Shown: positions 53,781-64,000 of the stretch, piece by piece
How the letters are laid out: every line of letters begins with the position of its first letter
Numbering within the stretch: the stretch's first letter is position 1
From: Eledone cirrhosa
Taxonomy: Eukaryota
Assembly: GCA_964016885.1 (NCBI GenBank)
Contig: OZ024743.1
Span: forward strand, 275,094,001-275,158,000
Direction: 5' to 3'
Length of the DNA: 64,000 bases
The notes under the pieces: generated by a model
The model's database searches: none
The model's input: only the letters and a program-made list of their open reading frames with translations
Told to the model about the DNA's origin: nothing
Position numbers and translations under genes: made by a program

Positions 53781-54850
53781 TGGTGTAGTAGTAGAGGTGG
53801 TAGTGACAGTGGTAGTAAATGCGAAAAAATAAGTTGTGATAACGGTGGCGGTAGTTGTGGAGGTAGTAGTAGTGGTGTAGTAGTAGAGGTGGTAGTGACA
53901 GTGGTAGTAAATGTGAAAAAATAAGTTGTGATAACGGTGGCGGTAGTTGTGGAGGTAGTAGTAGTGGTGTAGTAGTAGAGGTGGTAGTGACAGTGGTAGT
54001 AAATGTGAAAAAATAAGTTGTGATAATGGTGGCAGTAGTTGTGGAGGTAGTAGTAGTGGTGTAGTAGTAGAGGTGGTAGTGACAGTGGTAATAAATGTGA
54101 AAAAATAAGTTGGGATAATGGTGGCGGTAGTTGTGGAGGTAGTAGTAGTGGTGTAGTAGTAGAGGTGGTAGTGACAGTGGTAATAAATGTGTAAAAATAA
54201 GTTAAGATAATGGTGGCGGTAGTTGTGGAGGTAGTAGTAGTGGTGTAGTAGTAGAGGTGGTAGTGACAGTGGTAATAAATGTGAAAAAATAAGTTGGGAT
54301 AATAGTGGCAGTAGTTGTGGAGGTAGTAGTAGTGGTGTAGTAGTAGAGGTGGTAGTGACAGTGGTAATAAATGTGAAAAAATAAGTTAGGATAATGGTGG
54401 CAGTAGTTGTGGAGGTAGTAGTAGTGGTGTAGTAGTAGAGGTGGTAGTGACAGTGGTAATAAATGTGAAAAAATAAGTTGGGATAATGGTGGCGGTAGTT
54501 GTGGAGGTAGTAGTAGTGGTGTAGTAGTAGAGGTGGTAGTGACAGTGGTAATAAATGTGTAAAAATAAGTTAGGATAATGGTGGCGGTAGTTGTGGAGGT
54601 AGTAGTAGTGGTGTAGTAGTAGAGGTGGTAGTGACAGTGGTAATAAATGTGAAAAAATAAGTTGGGATAATGGTGGCGGTAGTTGTGGAGGTAGTAGTAG
54701 TGGTGTAGTAGTAGAGGTGGTAGTGACAGTGGTAATAAATGTGAAAAAATAAGTTGGGATAATGGTGGCGGTAGTTGTGGAGGTAGTAGTAGTGGTGTAG
54801 TAGTAGAGGTGGTAGTGATAGTGGTAGTAAATGTGAAAAAATAAGTTGTG
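53781..54850. repeat. 92-bp tandem minisatellite, ~11.5 copies
   Basis: aaatg(t/c)gaaaaaataagtt recurs at 53817, 53909, 54001... Confidence 0.93.
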
Positions 54851-54925
54851 ATGGTTGCAGTTACAGTGGTGGTTATGTGGTAAGTGGTAGCCATGGTGGG
54901 ATTGTAGAGGAAATGTTGGTAGTTG

Positions 54926-54927
<2 letters not shown>

Positions 54928-54980
<53 letters not shown>

Positions 54981-54986
54981 CAGCAT

Positions 54987-55061
<75 letters not shown>

Positions 55062-55160
55062 CAGCAGCAGCAACAGCTGCAACAGCAGCAACAGCAGCAA
55101 CAGCAGCAACAGCAGCAACAGCAGCAACAGCAGCAACAGCAGCAACAGCAGCAACAGCAG
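54928..55160. repeat. (AGT)n followed by (CAGCAGCAA)n
   Basis: Direct reading. Confidence 0.95.
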
Positions 55161-55719
55161 TGGCTGCCCTGCATGAGGTGGTGGTGGTGGTGGTTGTATT
55201 GTTCGTGGAGGTAAAGCGCTTGTAATGGTGGTAGAGTAATATTGCTAGTATTAACACTGTGATGTTTCCTAATGTAGACAGACGTAATTCATTGCCCAGA
55301 TTAACTCTATCATCCGGCCCTTGACTACCTATAGAAGAGACTATTGCAAACATTCGACACACGTCTCTGGTTTCATGATATTTTCCTCCCACCCTTCCAT
55401 AAGTCTCCGAGGCCCCAAAAAGCATTATTGACATTACCATTACCTTTCTGTTGAAATAGTAAAGGAAAAAAATGCTATGGAATTAGTGAAGATTTTGTTT
55501 GAGATAGAAGTGGTAGTAGTTGTTACTGTGTAGTAGTTTATTTTGGTTGATCCAGTAGCCTGTTTATCTGGAGTTTACCAGACATACATTCGGTTCATTT
55601 GTTATATATGCTACTTCTTCTTCTTCTTCTTCTTGAGTCATCGCCCTTTCGAAGGTAAAGCATTCATTTTGCCTTTTCTCATCTCTAGAATATATGCGGC
55701 TCACCACACGTGCAGAAAC

Positions 55720-55925
55720 ATCTATGCCACCGATATTGTCCAAGGGAAAGGCAATTGCCGATACAGCTTGGCACCAGGGATGTCGCAACTCATTTCTACA
55801 GCTGAGTAAACTGAAGAAACGGGAAATAAAGTGTCTTGTTCAAGGACACAATGCATCACCCTGTCTGAGAATCGAACTCACAACCGCCCGATTTCAAGCC
55901 CAATGCTCTAACCGCTAAGCCATTA
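55720..55925 (-). mobile_element. SINE family B
   Basis: Reverse of tgtgtccttgaacaagacac core; similar copies at 60108-60356(-) and 60960-61200(-). Confidence 0.75.
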
Positions 55926-56106
55926 ACCACTAAGCAACTTAACTACAGAAGAGAATGGAAGCTGTGTGCATTACGGATGATACGATATTGGCAACAAGTA
56001 CAAGACTCCGTGGTCAACGGCCGTCGAAATAGACGTACACGGGGTCTTGTATTTGTTACCAACATACATACATAGATTCATACATATATACATGATGATG
56101 ATGATG

Positions 56107-56540
56107 ATGTCTGTCCCCTCGTTATCGAGTATGGCCATTGCACGAAATACCATTATTAGTAATTATTAATTAATTCCATCGTGCAATGCCTGTGCGCAAA
56201 GATTTTTGTTTAAGTGATGAAAGACTGTGCACTGAGCCAATCCCACTCTCTGAGCGACAGTAGCTTTCACCGGAAAAGAAGAAAAGATCAACATCATCAG
56301 TAACTACTGAGCCGCAGGTTTTATGTCGGAGTTATCCCAGTTTCTTGAGTTGCCTTCTCCTAGAAGAATGCCATGACAAAGGCTAGGGGTCCTTCACTCC
56401 CAGTGGTTAATCACGCGATCGGGTATCCAGCCCGACTGTTTCTATCTCCCCGCACATATACATACATATACATATTTACATGTGTATATACATATTTACA
56501 CATTTTTGGATGGCCGTTGACTCTTATGAGTTCTTCCCCC
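56107..56540 (-). mobile_element. Diverged relative of the RTE-like non-autonomous family, (CAT)n tail
   Basis: cccctcgttatcgagtatggccattgcacga end (also 62610-62648); gcaatgcctgtgc, tcccactctc and gacaaaggct blocks shared with 31325-31931. Confidence 0.6.
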
Positions 56541-56754
56541 CTTTACACACATACATACATACATACATACATACATACATACATACATACATACATACAT
56601 ACATACATACATACATACATACATACATTTGCAAAACATTCTTGCGATTCAAGGGATGACAATTTCTTTTCTTTTACAACCTTGCCACCAGGAAGGTGGC
56701 CGGTCAAAAAAATATACTCGAAATTAAGAGAAAGAGAAAACATACATACATACA

Positions 56755-56782
<28 letters not shown>

Positions 56783-56785
<3 letters not shown>

Positions 56786-57343
56786 GGTGGCTGCCAACTC
56801 GTTTTCGAGTACGGCCACTACTTTATATCCATGTAGGAGAACCCCTACCGATGCGCTGAACGAGTGTGACTTTTTAGTCCAGCCAGCGATTTGAAAACTC
56901 TGGTACAAACACTACACTTGTGACAATTATTGACACATAGTGCTGGGCCCATGGTACCATGTGACGACAATTGCAGAGAGATCTCCAGATATAAAGCAAT
57001 ACCTGTGCCGTGAAGCTTTTATAGTGAGCAAAGCCACTGCACAAAGCCAGACCCACTCTCTTAACCAAGATGATATTTACCAAAAAGAAGAACAAGTCAA
57101 CATCATTGGATACCATCAGGGTTGCAGGTGTTATATCAGAGTTTTCCTTCTCCTAGAATTCTGCCTTGACAAAGGCTAAGGGGTCATCTCTCCCGGTGAT
57201 TTTGGATGGCCATTGACTCTTAAGAGCTCCTTTGGCCTTTGACAGGTTTTGTTTTTAGTCCTGCAGAATGTCCTAAGTTACCCTCCTCACCAAGAAACCT
57301 TGGTAGGGTTGCCAGTTTAGTCGCCAACGACCCGACCATGGGA
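56783..57343 (-). mobile_element. RTE-like non-autonomous retroelement in (CATA)n
   Basis: Near-identical to 31325-31882. Confidence 0.8.
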
Positions 57344-58079
57344 CATACATACATACATACATACATACATACATACATACATACATACGTATAATCGGAA
57401 GAACTGTCGAGAACTGTATATCTCACTGATGCCATTTGATGTCAAAATATAATAGAATATAAGAACTTGCGCCAAGAGTCGTTAGGGCATCGGATTACGA
57501 AGGCCTAAATATTTTCTCCGGCCCACTGCTCTCTGAGTTCAAATCCCACTGTATTCAACTTATCTTCCATCCTTTTGACGTCGATAAATAAAGTACTAAT
57601 CCAGTATTGGATCTGGTTTCTCTCTTTCTCTGAAAGAAATCTTCTGTGTTCCACTATGGAGAGGGATAGGATCTGCCAAACTTGAAATACCTAAGACACG
57701 CCCTGTGCCATAACGGTGCCTCTCCGACACCATCACGAGTTAAGGATCCTTCACCTTTTTTTTTAACCTTATCATGATATAGAATTTAGGATAGAAAAGG
57801 AAATAATATTGAATACATTAAATAGCTAAAATACATACATAAATATAATATTATATAAATATTCATATACGATAAGTTTAACACAAACACAATATGGAAG
57901 GGGGGGGGGGTCTTGTATAATCGATTTAATCGACCCATTTCTTCACTAAAGCTTTTTTATCGACTTCGAAAAAATGAAAGGTAAAATTTATTTAGACGAC
58001 TTTAAATCAGAATAGAAGCTAAATGCCAAACGTCGTTTAATAAATCGATCTATCAGCATTATCAATCAACTTCATTGTG

Positions 58080-58140
<61 letters not shown>

Positions 58141-59129
58141 GGTAAACAGAAAGACAACACAATCGGTACAGTATATGGAAGGGATATATTAGGTTAACGC
58201 TTGATATAGCATGTATATGTATATATATATATGATATATACAAATATTTACTTTTATATATATATATATATATTGGGGGTGTATGTATAAAGGAAGGGAG
58301 AGGGAGAATAGATAAAAAAAACATAACGTGTAAAATGTTTCAATGGCTAAATTAGAGGTTTAAAGGGAGAGAAAAGAAACAAAAATGAAAGAAAGAAAGC
58401 GATATACAAAGAAGCAGATCCATATGTCACCTAATGCTTCCCTATCAACTACTTTTTAACTGTATAGTCAAAGAGTGGAGATCAGTTCCTGTAATACTTT
58501 TAAGGATCTGTAAGAGAGGAAGGAAAGTATCTTCAGACGGGAAAACTGATCTGAATGTTTGTAAGAGAGCGATCTCCACTAAATGCTTCCATGGTGACGG
58601 TTTTAAACCGAGCGAAGTATTAGCTCTATCTCCTAATTATACCACAGTGTGATTTGAACTCAAAACACAAAAACTGTGGGAACAAATATCGCAGAGCATT
58701 TTGTCCGATGTTCTAATAATTCCGCCAATTCTCTGCTCTGGACTGTCACTTGATTTATAGACCCCGAAAGAATGAAAACCCAAAGTTGATCTTGGTGGGA
58801 ATTGAAATCAGAATGCACAGAGTCGAATACATATCACGAGGTACTTTGTCAAATGCTCCCATTTCCTATTACGTCTAGTTATATCTGGTTGTTGTAATTT
58901 TGGTAATCAGATATTCATATTTTAGGAGTGAATGAATATGGAATTATGCTAAGGTTTTACGATCGTTAAATTTAATTCTTGGGTGTAAGTGGTGGACATA
59001 GTCCGTCACCCAGTTTAATGCTACCTGGTCATTGGATGTTTTAATAGAGTCTATTCTGTTGAAAAACATGTTTGGGTGCATGATAAAAAATATTACGGTA
59101 TTTGTTCCGACTCACAACGTCCTGGGTTC

Positions 59130-59445
59130 CAATCCCGCTGAGGTCAACTTTACCAACTACCAATCCCGCTGAGGTCAACTTTACCAAGTACCAATCCCGC
59201 TGAGGTCAACTTTACCAAGTACCAATCCCGCTGAGGTCAACTTTACCAAGTACCAATCCCGCTGAGGTCAACTTTACCAAGTACCAATCCCGCTGAGGTC
59301 AACTTTACCAACTACCAATCCCGCTGAGGTCAACTTTACCAAGTACCAATCCCGCTGAGGTCAACTTTACCAAGTACCAATCCCGCTGAGGTCAACTTTA
59401 CCAAGTACCAATCCCGCTGAGGTCAACTTTACCAACTACCAATCC
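59130..59445. repeat. 31-bp minisatellite (10 copies) derived from a family-A SINE
   Basis: caatcccgctgaggtcaactttaccaa(g/c)tac at 59130, 59161...59409. Confidence 0.93.
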
Positions 59446-60781
59446 AGTGTTGAGGTCATTTCTTTTTCTATCTATCTTTACCAATTTTTCCCTTTTACTT
59501 TTTGTTCTCTGAAAGAAATTTGCCGTGATCCGATCTGTAGTGGGCTAGAATCACACACAGGGTGCCAGGACGGCGCTCCAATGATTCTGTCAGGTGCTAA
59601 GGGCCCTTTATTTTTTAATTTTATTTATCTTCTTTTCTTTCTGCTTTTTTTTGCAAGCATTTAGACAAGGTCTCTGATCTGAGGATAACTCACTCGAGAT
59701 CTTGATGCTTCTCAATTAGTCTTTGCCCCTTATCCTCTCCCACCACCGGTCTTTAAGGTCATGTAAACTGTCATGAACGCTGTCCTTTCTCTTCTCACTA
59801 AGCTATGAAATATTGTAAAACCTCGATAGTAGTGCCACTGCATGACCACAAACTAATGAATGGGATGAAACGTCTAGTAAAAGAGGATATTTCTTTTCTA
59901 GATTTTCATTGAGTGTCTATTTATAAAACGATCTGCTAGTCACAATTATAACACACATACACAGATATGCACACACACACACATACACACTCGCGCATGT
60001 ACACACACACGCGCGCGCGCACACACACACACGCACATTTTGCTGCTGGTTTCCTGTGTTTTCTTTTTAAAGTTTTAAAAAAGTTAAAGTCTGTCTCATC
60101 ATGTTGGTGCTTATCCCGGTTTCCTTGGCGTTAAGCGGCTGAGGGTACAAGACCCCCCCACACACACACACACACACATGGACAGGACGCCAGTCTATTG
60201 CAGTGTTAACTCTCAGCTGCTGCGGTTACTCATTTTCAGTTGGGTGTACTGAAGCAACGTGAAATGAGGTGTTTTGCTCAAGAACACAATGCGCCACCTG
60301 GTGCAGGAATCGAACTTTATGATCGTATGTCCACCACCTTAACCACTAGGCCACGTTTGATATCGATTTATTTGGATTTCCCTCGAGATGTATTACAACA
60401 ATTTAGATATGGTGTTGTTTGAGGGAAGTCTTTGCAGGTATGTCGAGTGGCCGTGGCGCAGCCGCTCCCTCATTGACTCAACTAAATATAAGTTTGAGTC
60501 CCAGTCAGCATCCTTCGATTTTATGTCAATGACCACTGACCGGTAGATGGACATTTTCCATACACACATATACACAAAATCAGACACACATACATACACA
60601 TGCACACAAACATATACACAAAAAACACACGCATGTATACATACAAACAGACATAGATATAGACACATTCTCGTACACACACACACATACACACAGAGCT
60701 ACACACTCACACAAGCATACACTTTACTGAAATATAATTCTAAATTTGTGTGTCAGATACATAGAACTGTGAAACAAATAT

Positions 60782-60817
<36 letters not shown>

Positions 60818-60834
60818 ACACACACACACACACC

Positions 60835-60870
<36 letters not shown>

Positions 60871-61912
60871 ACACCACACACACACACACACACACACATA
60901 CCCTAATCCACACATCCACACACATGAATACACTTTACTAAATCACCTTGATCACCTTGACTGTCGGGCGCCAATCGGCACCGCTGGTCACAGCAAGTCG
61001 TGCTGTTTTAGCCATAAGATAACGCCATCCCACTGGCTGGGCGGGCAGGCCGGTACTCATTTCTACAGCTGAGTAAACTGGAGCAACGTGAAATAAAGAG
61101 TCTTGCTCAAGGAAACAACACATCACCCGGTTCGAGAATTAAACTCACAACCTTTCGATTGCAAGCCCAATGTTCTAACCACTAAGCCATGCGCCTTCAC
61201 CTTTACTAAATATAATCCCAAATATGTGCGTCAGATATATAGAACGCAAATATAGACACACATGTACACACACACACAGACCCATACACTCAACACACAT
61301 GCATATATACACACATGTGTGTCAGACACACACAGACCCATACACTCAACACACATGCATATATACACACATGTGTGTCAGACACAGAGAACCGTAACAT
61401 ACTCGTATGATGTCATTATCCCTCCATTTAATGATCACCGATATTGGAAATCAAAATATGGGTTTGAACACCTGGTGATAGCGGTAATTACACGTTGACC
61501 TAGATGAACGCCGATGAATAATACACAGAGGATTTCTACGTGGTTACTTAGTCTGCTAGAAATAATAACATAATCTTAATCAAATTACACAATCTACTCT
61601 CCTATAAAGAGGACAACCGTAAAATAATGCAATCTTGCGTTGCATACACTCTAACTGAAATTATAAAAAAATGCAGTATTCTCGGCTAACTTGGTGTTAA
61701 ACCATTTTAATGAAAACTAGGAGTCTCTCGCTTCACAAAAATCTCTTTATTGGATGGCCGTTGACTCTCCTAAGTCCCCCCCCCCCCTTTGACGGTCCTT
61801 TTGTTTTCATCCAGCAGGGTGTCCAAAATCACCCTCCTCACAAAGCAAGCTTAGTGGGGTTGCCGGTTTAGTCGCCGACGACCCGACCATGCACAGGTAC
61901 ATACATACATAC

Positions 61913-62522
61913 ATGGTGGCTGCCAACTCGTTTTCGAGTACAGCCACTACTTTATATCCATGTAGGAGAACCCCTACCAATGCGCTGAACGAGTGTGACT
62001 TTTTAGTCCAGCCAGCGACTTGAAAACTCTGGTACAAACACTACACCTGTGACAATTATTGACACATAGTGCTGGGCCCATGGTACCATGTGACGACAAG
62101 TGCAGAGAGATCTCCAGATATAAAGGAATGCCTGTGCCGTGAAGCTTCTATAGTGAGCAAAGGCACTGCACAAAGCCAGTCCCACTCTCTTAACCAAGAT
62201 GATATTTACCAAAAAGAAGAACAAGTCAACATCATTGGATACCATCAGAGTTGCAGGTGTTATATCAGAGTTTTCCTTCTCCTAGAATTCTGCCTTGACA
62301 AAGGCTAAGGGGTCATCTCGCCCGGTGATTTTGGATGGCCATTGACTCTTAAGAGCTCCTTTGCCCTTTGACAGGTTTTGTTTTTAGTCCTGCAGGATGT
62401 CCAAAGTCACCCTCCTCACCAAGAAACCTTGGTGGGGTTGCCAGTTTAGTCGTCAACGACCCGACCATGAGACAGGTTGTACTGGGATACATGTTTCCAG
62501 TAGCACCAACTGGTGACTTGAC
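61913..62522 (-). mobile_element. RTE-like non-autonomous retroelement in (CATA)n
   Basis: Near-identical to 31325-31931; related fragment at 61750-61895. Confidence 0.8.
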
Positions 62523-63690
62523 ATACATACATACACACATACATACATAGATACATACATACATACATACATACATACATACATACATACATACATACAT
62601 ACATACATGATGGCTGCCCCCTCGTTATCGAGTATGGCCATTGCACGAGAAAAAAACATAATAACAATAACAATAATAATAACAACAATAATAATAACGA
62701 CAACAACAACAATAATAACATACATATATATATATATACACACACACGCACACACATAAACCTATCTATACACACACACACGATAGCAATTAACAGCGCT
62801 GCGATCGAATGTGGCTTTTTAGCCCCTAAATGTATTGCACATACATACATACATATATACATACATACATAATACATACATGCATACATACATATACACA
62901 TACATACATACATGCATACATACATAATACATACATGCATACATGCATATAAACATACACATTTATAAGAACACAGTTTATGTCTTTCTCGCCTCCCCTT
63001 CCCCAAAATACTCTCTTATGCATATCCACATTATGCACACACATGCAACCCACGTACTTAGATCCACACATACTCACACACCTAGATCCACGCATATATA
63101 TATTCACATACACTTACATGAAATTAACGAAATCCTTAGTGATACAGCGTGTGAGACGGCTGATTATTTGAATTAACCCTTTAGTATTCACATTACTCTA
63201 TATTTACTATTGTATTTTCATGGTAAAGGCTTTACCTCACATAACTATCTCACATAATATCGAATCTATGAGATTTTGAAAGTATTTATTTTGAGAACAA
63301 TACCTTAACATCAGTTTGAGTGACCAGCTACAGCCAGTTTCAACAGAAAGAGGTAGATAATTCTGGCCGATTTGGGCCGGTTTGAACATTAAAGAGTTAT
63401 GGTACAGCCTCAAAATATATACTGTCTACCCAATTTTACTCACATGGCATAGGTAGACACGAGGCTATGGTAAATATCATTTGTCCAAGATGCCACCAAA
63501 TTGGGACCGAACTCGGTACTTAATGTTTTCGAAGCGAACTTAACCATTCCGTCAGGCTGCATCTACGCCCCTATTTACACACATATATATATTGCAGATC
63601 TGTATGCACTTTCGCCCGTCCGTCTATCTATTAACCTTTACACTTATAAAATTCTCTCTAGCTAGATTATATGGGAACAAATCTCCCCTT

Positions 63691-63728
<38 letters not shown>

Positions 63729-64000
63729 ACTCTCTCTCTTTCTTTTTCTTTCTCTCTTTCTTTCTTTCTTTCTCTCTCTCTCTTTCTTTCTCTTTCTCTA
63801 TCTATCTATCTATCTATCTCTCTATCTCTATCCCTATCTATCTATATATCTCTCGTCTATACCCTTTCAAACACCACTAATTCTATACATACACTGACAG
63901 AAACATACACCCAGATTTACAGATACACACACATACTCATGCTAATCCATACACATACAAACACACACACACATGAATACACACACACAAATTAGCTCTC

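Noticed and set aside
51809-53788. 659-aa poly-Val and 410-aa GGGSSSYS ORFs
   Set aside because: (GGT/AGT) minisatellite; in-frame TGA mid-repeat; no non-repetitive domain
55200-55448. Minus-strand acceptor and open frame running into repeats
   Set aside because: No clear donor or homology; frame extends only through low-complexity sequence
59130-59445. CRISPR-like 31-bp repeats
   Set aside because: No spacers; unit derives from a SINE

Overview
Repeat-saturated, AT-rich eukaryotic DNA that is intronic or intergenic. The microsatellite load and SINE types look cephalopod/Octopus-like (inference). No host protein-coding gene can be supported, and nearly all listed ORFs are microsatellite artefacts. 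Contents: (i) a ~6.8-kb 38-bp satellite with nested 9-mer and 56-mer duplications; (ii) a 5'-truncated, frameshifted L1/Tx1-type LINE with a 20-bp TSD in (GATA)n, plus older Tx1, R4/Dong, CR1 and RTE remnants; (iii) many tRNA-derived SINEs and an RTE-like non-autonomous family sitting in (CATA)n; (iv) a ~9-kb triplet-derived low-complexity block. The main hidden signal is about a dozen short (0.1-0.7 kb) cassettes in or beside (TA)n/(CA)n tracts. By hand folding these form type I hammerhead ribozymes (CUGANGA...GAAA...NUH with stems I-III). Several are long fold-back palindromes carrying a hammerhead on both strands, some have U4C cores or very long stem II, and many share a 3'-terminal CTC..GAG(T/C)(G/A)CTC motif. 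These are most likely Penelope-like element (PLE) pseudo-LTR derivatives, and a decayed PLE-type GIY-YIG remnant is also present. Structures were folded by eye and no activity is demonstrated.
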